Source: Haliotis cracherodii
Lineage: Eukaryota
NCBI RefSeq assembly: GCF_022045235.1
Contig: NW_027266265.1
Coordinates: forward strand, 5,208,001 to 5,272,000
Direction: 5' to 3'
Length of the DNA stretch: 64,000 nt
The position numbers and the translations under genes were made by a program. Below are positions 1-13,375 of this stretch, in pieces. The notes under the pieces are model-generated. The model had not been told where the DNA came from. It did no database searches and was given only the letters and a program-made list of their open reading frames with translations. Within the stretch, counting starts at the first letter, position 1; each line of letters opens with the position of its first letter.

Positions 1-335
1 GTTGAGCTAAATTGTTTCAGATACGTGAGTGAGTATTAAGTACTAAGCAATGTTCCATCAATATTACGGCCAGGGATGACAGAAATGGATTTCACACAGT
101 GTAGCCAAATGAGGAATCAAACTTGGTTCCTTGTGACATGACGAATGCTTGAACCACTATGCCACCCTATAACCATGGTTACAGAGTAGATGTAAAACAT
201 GTGAACATTAATGACAGATGACGGCTAGAAGTTTCAAAGACACTTTAATAGTGAAACATCATATCCAGTGTCAAGAAACACTTATGCTTTTTGTGTAAAA
301 TTCAAACATGATCTTTGGTAACCATGGAAACTCAC

Positions 336-551
336 TTGACAGACTCTGCAACGGAGTAGGACCTGATGACCTTGGCTAGGGAGGGTTCAGCAGGGATGGA
401 GACGGGGGAGAAGTTGCCGTGAGTCTCGATGTGGTCGATGGCGTCACGCAGGTTCAGTTTAGTGAACACTTGGAAGATTTTTGTCTCTCTTGTCTTTGGT
501 TTCTCTCTCAGCAGCAAGGGTTTGATGTACTTGGTGTTGTAGTGCTCAAAC
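336..551 (-). CDS. SLC9A3-like: NHE coding exon 8 (cytoplasmic tail); gene probably continues beyond the left edge
   Basis: cccag|(K)FEHYNTKYIKPLLLRE...IFQVFTKLNLRDAIDHIE...SVAESV-AA|GTGAGT. 216 nt, phase 2->2. Read-through would hit TGA at 332-334. Confidence 0.88.
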
Positions 552-578
552 CTGGGGGCACAGCGTATCGAGTAATGT

Positions 579-3220
579 TCCACACGCAACTTCCATCTGA
601 ACACACGCAACTTCCATCTGAACATCGTCCACACGCAACATCCATCTGAACATTGTCCACACGCAACATCCATCTGAACATTGTCCACACCCAACATCCA
701 TCTGAACATTGTCCACACACAACCTCCATCTGAACATTGTCCACCACACGCAACATCCATCTGAACATTGTCCACACGCAACATCCATCTGAACATTGTC
801 CACACACAACATCCATCTGAACATTGTCCACCACACGCAACATCCATCTGAACATTGTCCACACCCAACATCCATCTGAACATTGTCCACACACAACATC
901 CATCTGAACATTGTCCACCACACGCAACTTCCATCTGAACATTGTCCACAACACGCAACTTCCATCTGAACATTGTCCACACACAACATCCATCTAACCA
1001 TTGTCCACACACAACCTCCATCTGAACATTGTCCACACGCAACATCCATCTGAACATTGTCCACACACAACTTCCATCTGAACATTGTCCACACACAACA
1101 TCCATCTGAACATTGTCCACCACACGCAACTTCCATCTGAACATTGTCCACACGCAACATCCATCTGAACATTGTCCACACGCAACATCCATCTGAACAT
1201 TGTCCACACCCAACATCCATCTGAACATTGTCCACACCCAACATCCATCTGAACATTGTCCACACGCAACTTCCATCTGAACATTGTCCACACACAACAT
1301 CCATCTGAACATTGTCCACCACACGCAACTTCCATCTGAACATTGTCCACACGCAACATCCATCTGAACATTGTCCACACGCAACTTCCATCTGAACATT
1401 GTCCACACCCAACATCCATCTAAACATTGTCCACACGCAACATCCATCTGAACATTGTCCACACCCAACATCCATCTGAACATTGTCCACACGCAACTTC
1501 CATCTGAACATTGTCCACACGCAACATCCATCTAAACATTGTCCACACGCAACTTCCATCTGAACATTGTCCACACGCAACATCCATCTGAACATTGTCC
1601 ACACCCAACATCCATCTGAACATTGTCCACACACAACATCCATCTGAACATTGTCCACACGCAACATCCATCTGAACACACACAACATCCATCTGAACAC
1701 ACACAACATCCATCTGAACACACTCAACATCCATCTGAACACACTCAACATCCATCTGAACACACACAACATCCAGCTGAACACACTCAACATCCATCTG
1801 AACACACACAATATCCATCTGAACACACGCAACATCCATCTGAACATTGTCCACACGCAACATCCATCTGAACATTGTCCACACGTAACATCCATCTGAA
1901 CATTGTCCACACCCAACATCCATCTGAACATTGTCCACACGCAACTTCCATCTGAACATTGTCCACACACAACATCCATCTGAACATTGTCCACCACACG
2001 CAACATCCATCTGAACATTGTCAACACCCAACATCCATCTGAACATTGTCCACACGCAACTTCCATCTGAACATTGTCCACACGCAACATCCATCTAAAC
2101 ATTGTCCACACGCAACATCCATCTGAACATTGTCCACACCCAACATCCATCTGAACATTGTCCACACGCAACTTCCATCTGAACATTGTCCACACACAAC
2201 ATCCTTCTGAACACACACAATTTCCATCTGAACACACACAACATCAATCTGAACACACACAACATCCATCTGAACACACACAACATCCATCTGAACACAC
2301 ACGTCCATCTGAACACACTCAACATCCATCTGAACACACACAACATCCATCTGAACACACACGTCCATCTGAACACACACAACATCCATCTGAACACACA
2401 CAATATCCATCTGAACACACACAATATCCATCTGAACACACACAACATCCATCTGAACACACACAATATCCATCTGAGCATTGTCCACACACAACATCCA
2501 TCTGAACACACAAAACATCCATCTGACCACACACAACATCCATCTGAACACACACAATGTCCATCTTAACACACACAACATCCATCTGAACACACACAAT
2601 ATCCATCTTAACACACACAATGTCCATCTGAACACACACAACATCCATCTGAACACACACAATATCAATCTGAACACACACAAGAATACACACAATATCC
2701 ATCTGAACACACACAACATCCATCTGAACACACACACAATATCCATCTGAACACACACAACATCCATCTGAACACATACAATATCCATCTGAACACACAC
2801 AATGTTCATCTGAACACACACAACATCCATCTGAACACACACAATATCCATCTGAACACACACAACATCCATCTGAATACACACAATATCCATCTGAACA
2901 CACACAATGTCCATCTGAACACACACAACATCCATCTGAACACACACAATATCCATCTGAACACACACACAACATCTATCTGAACACACACTATATCCAT
3001 CTGAACACACACAATATCCAACTAAACATTTTCCACATACAATATCCATCTGAACACACACAACATCCATCTGAACACACACAATATCCATCTGAACATT
3101 TTCCACACACAATATCCATCTGAACACACACAACATCCATCTGAACACACACAATATCCATCTGAACATTTTCCACACACAATATCCATCTGAACACACA
3201 CAATATCCATCTGAACATGT
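579..3220. repeat. Minisatellite, 28-bp unit grading into a 21-bp unit
   Basis: TCCATCTGAACATTGTCCACACGCAACA and TCCATCTGAACACACACAACA; source of the spurious ORFs at 332-3293. Confidence 0.97.
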
Positions 3221-3233
3221 TCAAAACACAATA

Positions 3234-3391
3234 CAGTAAACTATGTTTATAACAAACATACTTATAACAAACTGGTTTATTTGTCCAGGCCATCTGCTGT
3301 GTAAATGCTGTGTTTATGCTTTTAACGAAAAACAGCTATAACCAACTAAAACTAGTGGTCCCTTTGAGTTCGTTATAATTGTAGTTTACTG
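3234..3391. mobile_element. Tc1/mariner-pogo-type MITE (CAGTAAACTA termini)
   Basis: TA|CAGTAAACTATGTTTATAAC ... GTTATAATTGTAGTTTACTG; same family as 32172-32346, in opposite orientation. Confidence 0.65.
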
Positions 3392-3797
3392 GAAATATCT
3401 GACATTGTTCCAAACACAATATCTGTCTAAAGATATCCAGCAATGTTGCCAGCACAATATCTATATGCACATTTCAATGTGTAACCAAGGAGTTAGACTT
3501 TTGTCATCATTAAACAATATGTCACAATACTAACCACAGGTCCAGGTAGTCCTGTGGGTACCCGGGTCCTACTTACGACCACCCCAACCCGAGTTACCCG
3601 TCCCAAGCCTAATATCTACCTTTGTTCTAAACACAATATATCTATACATAGCTAATTTATCAACACAAAATATAAGTTTCAAACAGACTGTATAAACAAA
3701 TCAATTACTTATTAGTTTTAAAATTACCAAATCAAATTCAAATATTTCAACTAAAACAAGTGAATAATATGCCATGTTTTCCACCAGCAATACTTAC

Positions 3798-3868
3798 TTA
3801 TCTCGGATGGAGTTATGGCCTGTTCTGCCCACCACGTCCTCGATCCCGGCCATCAGGTGGTCAATAAA
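3798..3868 (-). CDS. SLC9A3-like: NHE coding exon 7 (CHP-binding-type helix)
   Basis: Read by hand as ttcag|FIDHLMAGIEDVVGRTGHNSIRD-AA|GTAAGT, matching the NHE 'DHLL.GIEDI.G..GH' motif. 71 nt, phase 0->2. Confidence 0.93.
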
Positions 3869-4900
3869 CTGAAACGTCAGTCAAAGCTTTATGACAAAAT
3901 CTTTTGAACATGTGTACAAAAATACATTTGTGGTATGGTCAGTGAGTGACTCAGTATGATTTTATGCCACTTTTAGCAATATTCAAGCAATATCATGGCG
4001 TGGGACACCAGAAATGGGCCTCACACCTTGTAGCCATCTTGGGAACCGAACCCGAGTCTTCGGCATGTCGAGCGAACGCTTTAACCACTAGGCTACCCCG
4101 CCGCCCCTGTTTGGTCGAGGCTTGAAATAAAAGCACTGTTGCAACACTGATATCAGTAATATTAATTATAACAACCATGTTTATTTCTACCTGATAATTG
4201 CACACAAGACATACTCATAGTTACAATAACAATCATTACCCTGGTGAAATCATCAGAGTACTTTGTGTTCTCAGCTCCATGAGGAGTGTACTTTGTGTTC
4301 TCAGCTCCCTGAGGAGTGTACAACCCAATCAGCCCTACAGACACAAGACGGTTCTGCATACAGGGACGAGTCAGGTTTTTCGCCAATGAGTGCTCTAGAG
4401 GTGCAGGGCTCGATGTAAGGAACTTGATTAAACATGCACAAGTTGCATGTTGACATGAAAACCCATGCAGCTGCACCCGACAAAACCAGGTTTCTTCCTG
4501 GTCTCATAAATTTATGAAAGTTGAAACATGGGCTGGTCTGCTACCTGTGTCACATTAATTAATGACATGTTGCTGTAAACGGATGTGTGCATATGATCTT
4601 GAAGTACCAAGTTTGATGACGTCAAGCCCACAAATGCACAACAAATTACACCTAACACAGATATTTGTAATGTGGTATGGTAAATAAAAGATAGAGGTAT
4701 TGAGTATATTGGCAAGGAAGGGTGAGGCTGACACAAATTTGAATTAATTTTAACTTGCACTTGGTGCCTTGCTTGACAATGTTATAAGTATCCATATGGA
4801 AACACCGCTTTACAGTAAATAAAGAAAACGTTGTGTTCCTCAACATAAAGAAGCTGACATCCATAAATTCTCTTCCTTATGTTTTAGCTAAGTCAAGCCA

Positions 4901-5535
4901 TGATACAATATGTATCATGACACTAAGGGAGAGATACAATATGTATCATGACACTAAGGGAGTGATACAATATGTATCATGACACTAAGGGAGAGATACA
5001 ATATGTATCATGACACTAAGGGAGTGATACAATATGTATCATGACACTAAGGGAGTGACACAATATGTATCATGATACTAAAGGAGTGATACAATATGTA
5101 TCATGACACTAAGGGAGTGATACAATATGTATCATGACACTAAGGGAGTGATACAATATGTATCATGACACTAAGGGAGTGATACAATATGTATCATGAC
5201 ACTAAGGGAGAGATACAATATGTATCATGACACTAAGGGAGTGATACAATATGTATCATGACACTAAGGGAGTGACACAATATGTATCATGATACTAAGG
5301 GAGTGACACAATATGTATCATGACACTAAGGGAGTGATACAATATGTATCATGACACTAAGGGAGTGATACAATATGTATCATGACACTAAGGGAGTGAT
5401 ACAATATGTATCATGACACTAAGGGAGTGATACAATATGTATCATGACACTAAGGGAGAGATACAATATGTATCACAATACTAAGGGAGCAATACAGCAT
5501 GTATCCTTATACTTTGGGAGCGATACAATACGTAT
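4901..5535. repeat. Minisatellite, 31-bp unit with internal palindrome
   Basis: TGATACA-ATA-TGTATCA-TGACACTAAGGGAG, ~19 copies. Confidence 0.95.
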
Positions 5536-6678
5536 CCCCATAGATTACTTATATTTCACAAGTTGATATTCTTTCTTTCTGCAAGTGAATCCACCCTCAA
5601 TCTTTTGTTTTTTAATTTCATTGATTGAAGATGGGATATTATAGGGCAGAAACATATAGGCTAGATGGCACTGTGAATGTGAAATACCAGAAACTCTGTG
5701 TGAACCGGTTTCTGTTATTATTCGAAAGTTTAACTTGGACTGTAATGTATCACATGTACCGCGATATTGTAAACTGATGTATTTTTGTCATGGGCCCTGT
5801 ATTCAGGTACAATACTGTATCGCCGTATCGCTACAACACTGAAATTTTCATCTGTGAGTGCTCCCCAAAATGAAACCTCCACAAATATATGTCATCATTT
5901 TGTCACGTCACTCCCATAGTAAAAATTACCAGTGCCATGAACGTGATAAATATTTGTTTTCAGGAACTGGATAACCCGTGAAGATTAGGTTAGAATTGGT
6001 CTTCAGCAATCCATGCTTGTCGTAAGAGGCGACTAACAGGATCAGTAAGTCAAGCTTGCTGACTTGCTTGATGCATTTCATCATATCCCAATTGCGTGGA
6101 TCGATTGAGTGGGGGTTAAACAACGAACAGAACTGTCCCACTGAAGCAGCTGTCTTTGTTCACAACCCTTCCATGTTACTCCCTATAAAGAAGAGGCATC
6201 ACCAGGCCCCACAATGGCAAAAGGCACCACTTCAACCCCTGGTTCATACATGTACAAAGTCTGGATGAAAAATCTTTCCTGCTTTTCAAGTTAATGGATG
6301 GACAGATGGACAGACAGATCACATGATGACTATATTCCCCCGCATTATAATATAAATTAATGTCCTTCATGAAGAAACAAAATTGCTCTGCCACAAGTGA
6401 TTTTACTGAAGCTCAGTGTTTCGAATGATATTAAGATAAAAAGAGTTACCTCCCCTTAACACTTTCTCCATCACAAGATTCATCAAATGCTGTGGTTTTT
6501 TCCAGTCTTCTTCACCCCCCTCAACCCCCAACAATTCTTCCTCCACCCCTTCGCATGCTTCCCTGGCCCCATTGTCTCACCCGTCCCTCCTCCCCCATCC
6601 TAACGCACAATCAAAATCCAACTATTTGTGTTCACTGATGCTATCAGGTATATATATCTCACGGGTCAAACTACTCAC

Positions 6679-6768
6679 ACGTTCGTGGATCCTTTCATTC
6701 ATAGTCGGGTCGATCTCCTTTGCCCGCTCAATCTTTAGAGCATTAACCACAGGCTTGATTGTGATTCC
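6679..6768 (-). CDS. SLC9A3-like: NHE coding exon 6
   Basis: Not in the ORF track; read by hand as cag|GITIKPVVNALKIERAKEIDPTMNERIHER|GTGAGT. 90 nt, phase 0. Confidence 0.93.
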
Positions 6769-7629
6769 CTGATCAACATATGATACAGACATACTGAAAA
6801 TATTAAACTCAAACTTTAACAGGAGTGAGTGAGTGAGTTGGGCTTAACGCTACTTTTAACATTATTCCAGTTAAATCACAGCGTGTATGTTGCCCACAAG
6901 CAGGGGTATGGTGCTGACAAACCTAGAAACATAATCAGGGCGAACCGGGATTCGAACCCACAATCATAGGTTTCTGGCGAGCCCAAGGGACGCAACTCTA
7001 CACAGCAAATTGCGGCGCCTTAGACGACTGGGCCACCTGTGACCCCAACTTTAACAGGAACACTGAGGCATTTCTCACTACTTGTAAACACACATACACA
7101 TCACAACTGATCAGTTTGCTGTTTCATGGCATAATAGGAAAGATCCGTAAATAGTTATGAAGTGAAATGTCTTACGATCTCAGCATTCACTTATTTTTGA
7201 ATTCCACATTACCTAAAAAGTGATGCATATACACCAAAGTTGAATGGTTTTATATCAATAAAAAATCAAATTTTAGTTGGGCTATGCTGTAAACAGCAGT
7301 GTGTCGATAAGAAGACCAATGTTCTTATCCTACCAAGGTGACAAAATTAGCACTTACAGTAAGTAAATTTCATCAGTGAATATATCAGGGGAGACAACCT
7401 TAGAGTCTGTCTTGCCAAAATACAGCATCTGTATACACAATATGCAGAGCTTACAAGGAAACAACCTTGGTATGGCTCGAGTCTGTATTGTCTAAATGCT
7501 GTATATGTTTTGAATGCATGGTCTGTGTTTATGTCATGTATCTATGTCATTAACATGCTGAACTTGTTCTTGTCGCTGTATGGCTGAAAAAATGCTGATG
7601 TGATGTTAGATCTTAACTCACTCACTACT

Positions 7630-8450
7630 CACTGTGTTTGTGTCTTGTTACTCTGTGACTGAATTGTTACATTTTGTTTGTGACTACTGTGATAATATCA
7701 TGTTACGGTGTGTTTGTGTCTTGTTACATTATGTTTGTGTCTTGTTACATTGTGTTTGTGTCTTGTTACATTGAGTTTGTGTCTAAATAGGTTGTGTTTG
7801 TGTCTTGTTACATTTTGTTTGTGTCTTGTTACATTGTGTTTGTGTCTTGTTACATTGTGTTTGTGTCTTGTTACATTGTGTTTGTGTCTAATTAGGGTTT
7901 TTTTTGTCTTGTTACATTGTGTTTGTGTCTTGTTACATTGTGTTTGTGTCTTGTTACATTGTGTTTGTGTCTAATTAGGTTGTGTTTGTGTCTTGTTACA
8001 TTGTGTTTGTGTCTTGTTACATTGTGTTTGGGTCTAATTAGGTTGTGTTTGTGTCTTGTTACATTGTGTTTGTGTCTTGTTACATTGTGTGTGTCTTGTT
8101 ATATTGTGTTTGTGTCTAATTTGGTTGTGTTTGTGTCTTGTAACATTGTGTTTGTGTCTTGTTACATTGTGTTTGTGTCTAATTAGGTTGTGTTTGTGTC
8201 TTGTTACTCTGTGACTGAATTGTGTTACATGTTGCATTATGTTTGTGGCTGAATAATTTACATTATGTTTGTGTTGTGTCACAGTGACTGAATCATGTCA
8301 CATTATGTTTGTGTCGTGTCACTGTGACTGAATCATGTCACGTTATGTTTGTGTTGTGGCACTGTGACTGAATCATATTATATTATATTTGTGTCGTGTC
8401 ACTGTGACTGATTCATGTTCATTATGTTTGTGTCATTTCACTGTAACTGT
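7630..8450. repeat. Minisatellite, 21-bp unit, plus a related longer unit abutting the exon 5 donor
   Basis: TTGTTACATTGTGTTTGTGTC repeats, then TGTGACTGAATCATGTCACATTATGTTTGTGTCGTGTCAC-type units. Confidence 0.9.
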
Positions 8451-8457
8451 GTCGCAC

Positions 8458-8660
8458 CTGCAGGAACACCGTGAAGAAGACAACAATGATGGTGGTGCTA
8501 ACAAACATCCTCTTCTCCGTGACCACTTCTTCATTGAGAAGCAAGGCCAAGCAGAAGGCAATGCCGCCGCGCAGGCCGCCGTACGACATGATAAACTGGT
8601 CAATCTTCGTCAACTTGATCAGCCGGGTCCTATTGACAATGGCTGACAGCATCACAATGC
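8458..8660 (-). CDS. SLC9A3-like: NHE coding exon 5
   Basis: tacag|GIVMLSAIVNRTRLIKLTKIDQFIMSYGGLRGGIAFCL...TTIIVVFFTVFLQ|GTGCGA. 203 nt, phase 1->0. Confidence 0.96.
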
Positions 8661-8954
8661 CTGTACAAAAGGAATAAGAGTGTTTCAGGCCATTTTGGAG
8701 TGCATTTCAGCTGTAATTAATATAGCAGGAAAGCCCCCAACTTAAGCAGGCATGGACCATTTTCAGAGTGAATATGGCATTTTAACCAACATCGAACATC
8801 CTGGTGCAACTAAGGGACATTACTTGTTATAATGAATAAGGGAGTGAATGAATGCAGTCATTGCTGCAGTCCGTAACGTCCCTGCAATGACACCACAGCC
8901 TGTAAATAATGGAGCGCGAAGCAAACCAGTGACAGAAAGCATGAGCAGCCCTTA

Positions 8955-9325
8955 ATGACAAGGATGACATACTGGGGACCAAGGAATCCTGCACAATCAC
9001 AAGGATGACATACTGGGGGCCAAGGAATCTTGCACAATCACAAGGATGACATACTGGGGACCAAGGAATCCTGCACAATCACAAGGATGACATACTGGGG
9101 GCCAAGGAATCCTGCACAATCACAAGGATGACATACTGGGGACCAAGGAATCCTGTACAATGACAAGGATGGTGTACTGAGGACCAAGGAATCCTGCACA
9201 ATGACAAAGATGACGAACTGGGGGCCAAGGAATCCTGCACAATCACAAGGATGACATACTGGGGACCAAGGAATCCTGTACAATGACAAGGATGACGAAC
9301 TGGGCAACCTGGAATCCTGCACCCT
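8955..9325. repeat. Minisatellite, 41-bp unit
   Basis: CAAGGATGACATACTGGGGACCAAGGAATCCTGCACAATCA, ~9 copies, followed by a ~60-bp triplication to ~9480. Confidence 0.92.
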
Positions 9326-9546
9326 GTTGATCACAAGCAGACACTGTAACCCCTTTCACCTACACCCCCACCCCAACTCCCCCCTGCTGATCACAAGCAG
9401 ACACTGTAACCCCTTTCACCTACACCCCCACCCCCAACCCCCCCTGCTGATCACAGGCAGACACTGTGACCCCTTCTACTCCACCCCATTATCAGCACTT
9501 TAACCCCTTCCATCCCATCGCCCTGTTTATGCTGGAGGTCACTGAC

Positions 9547-9764
9547 CTGTGACACGAAAGACAAGGCAGAAAAGGATGGAGAAGAAGATGAAGTCGAGCT
9601 GCCAGTCATGGTCATCGATGACGGTGGAGAGCCCGAGGAACATGAAGATGACAGTCTCGCTGATGTTGGCCAGCATCTTCAGGAAGTACTTGACAGTGGC
9701 CACAGACTGCTTTGACATGTTCGCTTCCACGTAGTGTCTCATTGTGATGCCGCCAAACGTCAAT
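9547..9764 (-). CDS. SLC9A3-like: NHE coding exon 4
   Basis: ttcag|LTFGGITMRHYVEANMSKQSVATVKYFLKMLANISETVIFMFLG...FCLVFRVT|GTCAGT. 218 nt, phase 2->1. Confidence 0.95.
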
Positions 9765-10271
9765 CTGAAACAGATGTACAAATTGAAAAGCAAATGGGAC
9801 TGTATCTGACTGGTTTAAAATTGTCTCAAATAGGTTTCCTTGACAGGTCACACATACTGAATTCCTGTTATTAATACTTAAGTCTTTATGTTCACAAGCT
9901 CATTACTGACTAAATCATATTATGGCCTTGACCGTCAATCCCACCGAAACATATGTCAGAAAAATACAAAAAATACAATCTCTTGAACCTCTATTCAGTT
10001 GCAGTTCATAGGACCCATCCTGACCTGGAAACCCAAGGTCCAGGTAAGGATTGGTCTTCACTGAAATTGGGTGATCAGACTTGCTGAATGGGTTCACTTA
10101 TTTCATCGTATCCCAATCGATGCTCATCACCACAGGACTTGATTATTTACAGACCGCCATCACATTGCTGGAAAACTGCTGAATGCGAAGTTAAAGAACA
10201 AACAAACACATAAACAAGAGGGACTTTTTGGTCAGCAAATAACGGCACGAGTAAAATTGCCGATCACCTAC

Positions 10272-10528
10272 GCTAAGATTCCTGACCAGTGAAGCATCTC
10301 AGCACTCAGGTAGGCAAGATATCCCAGAACAAAGACAAAGAGAGGCTCGATGACCTTGACATGGCCGGTATGCTTGGTGATGAATCCACCAATCAGGCCG
10401 TAGATGATTCCAATAAGTGTCCCACCAAGTGCTATGATGAAGAAGGATCCAATGCCAGAGACGTAGTCGATGACCTGGATGTTGGACTCCCCGATCTCTG
10501 TGTAGCCCTCCATCATGTGGTACACCAC
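10272..10528 (-). CDS. SLC9A3-like: NHE coding exon 3
   Basis: cag|VVYHMMEG...GGTLIGIIYG...VKVIEPLFVFVLGYLAYLSAEMLHWSGILA|GTAGGT. 257 nt, phase 0->2, after a ~23.3 kb intron. Confidence 0.95.
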
Positions 10529-11199
10529 CTGCAACATCAAACCAGTTACCATGGTTACAAGGACGAGTGACCCTCCATTATGTGGTACAAAACCTGCATC
10601 ATCAAACTAGTTACCATGGTTACAAGGACAAGTGACCCTCCATCATGAGGTGCAAGGTCATAAATGTTGCCATGGTTACAAGGGTGAGTAACCCTCTATC
10701 ATGTGGTGCAACATCATATCACAGTTACAATGGTTACAACTTTCCATCATGTGGAATACTGTCCTACCGTTCACCAGCAAATAAATGGAAAACATAAAAC
10801 TATTGTAATTAAAACTGATAAAAGTTCTTCTGGTTTGGTGTTCATGGCGATAGCACGCTCTCTGTCATCAGCCTCTAATCACACTCATTATGGCCACAAA
10901 CAAGAAATCTCACAAGTCCATGAAGGGTTAAGAGCCCAAAATACAAGACATGACAAGTGTTTCCAACTATATGACAAAAGAGAAGAATAAGGATGGAGAA
11001 TTTCAACACATCCCAAACCCAACCTCGTCAAGTAAGAAAATGGCACCGATCCGACGATGGACCTCTCACCAAACACTTTCTTACCAACACCCTACAGAGA
11101 CATACAGAGGATATAAGTCATAGAATCCACACTATTACATATTATTGATATGTAAGTTCTTTCTAAACATGTTGACACTATGGAAAACTTGATACAGTT

Positions 11200-13375
11200 T
11201 AACAATCAAGGAATCTTCCGTGCTTCAAAACCACCTTGGGAGTCGAATCTTGTTAAATGTCATCGCCTTCCACGGCTGGCCCTGAGCCGCCAGTACCCAT
11301 CATTGTCAAATTTGTCTCTATGAAGGACAGGAACCTAGTTCTTGAGGCAGTGAGGAAGAATGCGGTGGGACTTATCTGAAGAAAGGTCCATATTCGAACA
11401 GATCTTCACAGCTTAAACAACTCTGTTGACAGCTTTTGTCGACAGCTAAAAGCTTCGCTCTCTCCACAAACTACAAATTTGTGTTAACAAAATGGGTACA
11501 AGTGTGTTTCTCCAGTATAGAACAGGCCCCTCCCAAGCTTGGACATCACTTGTTCTTTGAAGAGGAACCTGACATCTGAGTGGGACTTTTCGACTTGGTC
11601 GGACAATCAAGTTGAACATTGACAGTAATTCACGTGTATGAGAGACTCTGTCTACCTATTGAAAGTAGGCCAGCACGTATTTTCAAACTTTTCTATTCAC
11701 CTATTGAACGTATATGCCTCTTATTCAATTAACTCTATGTCAAGACTTTCTGGCTGCAGTAAGATGTTTGTCTGTGAGACTTTCTGTTTACCTATTGAAG
11801 ATATATATTTCTTTTTAGCACAGACTAGATGTCTAACTTTGAATGAAGTAGAAAGATCTGATAGTTCCATTATTTATGGCACTGATGAACTTTTGATAGA
11901 TGCTAAATCCTTCCATGAAAGACTATTCTATTACCAGGAATGCTAATAAGGGTAGATTTTGCCAAGGCTTTGGATTCTGTTTCTAGGAATTTCATACAAA
12001 AAACTCTGTCATTTTTTGGATTAGGTCCTAAAATCCTTACGACAAGCATTTTACAGCAAGCGAAAAACAGTTTTTAATGAATCATGGTTTCAGAAAGGTA
12101 TTACCCAGATATGTGATATTGTCAATGAAAATGGAGATTACTTATCTCTGGATGATTTTAACAGTATGTATTACCTGACTACATCGGTCTTACAGTATGT
12201 ATCACCTGACTACATGGGTCTTAAAGTATGTATCACCTGACTACGTCGGTCTTACAGTATGTATCACCTGACTACATCACCTGACTACATTGGTCTTACA
12301 GTATGTATCACCTGACTACATCACCTGACTACATCGGTCTTACAGTATGTATCACCTGACTACATCGGTCTTACAGTATGTATCACCTGACTACATCGGT
12401 CTTACAGTAAGTATCACCTGACTACATCGGTCTTACAGTAAGTATCACCTGACTACATCGGTCTTACAGTAAGTATCACCTGACTACATCACCTGACTAC
12501 ATCGGTCTTACAGTAAGTATCACCTGACTACATCACCTGACTACATCACCTGACTACATCGGTCTTACAGTATGTATCACCTGACTACATCACCTGACTA
12601 CATCGGTCTTACAGTATGTATCACCTGACTACATCACCTGACATCATCACCTGACTAAATCGGTCTTACAGTATGTATCACCTGACTACATTGATCTTAC
12701 AGTATGTATCACCTGACTACATCGGTCTTACAGTATGTATCACCTGACTACATCGGTCTTACAGTATGTATCACCTGACTACATCGGTCTTACAGTATGT
12801 ATCACCTGACTACATCGGTCTTACAGTATGTAACACCTGGTGTAATAAATTCTATTTCAACATATTTGAAAAAACATACAATTTCAAAAGAAAAAACTGT
12901 GCAATGTGTGGATAACTCTCCTGTGAAACGATTGCTTTGTTCTCTAAAGAAAGGTTCAAAAGCACATTATTATCCTCTATGCTCATCTAAAGGTAACTGT
13001 ACAGCTAAATATAAGTGGCAAGCTGAATTCTCATCTGATCTTGATTGGCATTGTATTTTCCCTAACCCAGGAAACAAAACTGAGGTGGTTTTAATTCAGG
13101 ACTGGATTGTAACAAGTAACATTTTTTCTCTGCAAAATCAAAGTTAAGGACTCTGATTAATGTTCATTTTGTAATGAAGAAGGCGAGTCCATCGCACACT
13201 TGTTTTGGGAATGTGACTTTGTACAAACTTTTTGGTCACAGTTTATGACATGGTTGTCAGGAGGATGTCATCACGTTCATAGCCTTAATCTTACATTAGA
13301 ATTAATAATGTTTGGTTGTACAAAGATGTAATGACTGATGCTGTGTTGGATATCTTCATCATCTCAGCAAAATGT
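11200..13375 (+). mobile_element. Decayed, internally deleted L1/Tx1-type LINE
   Basis: ORF1-like CHRLP...PIIVKFVSMKDRNLVL (~11260-11350). RT-like PGMLIRVDFAKALDSVSRNFIQKTLSFFGLGP (~11934-12030). C-terminal zinc finger CSFCNEEGESIAHLFWECDFVQTFW (13161-13235). Confidence 0.8.
12160..12838. repeat. Minisatellite, 31-bp unit with 13-bp stutter, inside the LINE
   Basis: ACAGTATGTATCACCTGACTACATCGGTCTT; subunit CATCACCTGACTA. Confidence 0.95.

Noticed and set aside
552-3293. Long Cys/Trp-rich ORFs (up to 563 aa)
   Set aside because: Translations of a 28/21-bp minisatellite, open in several frames. Only 336-551 is real coding sequence.
4901-5500. CRISPR-like palindromic repeat array (also 21160-21629 and 23470-25138)
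   Set aside because: No unique spacers, no cas genes, and a eukaryotic intron context.
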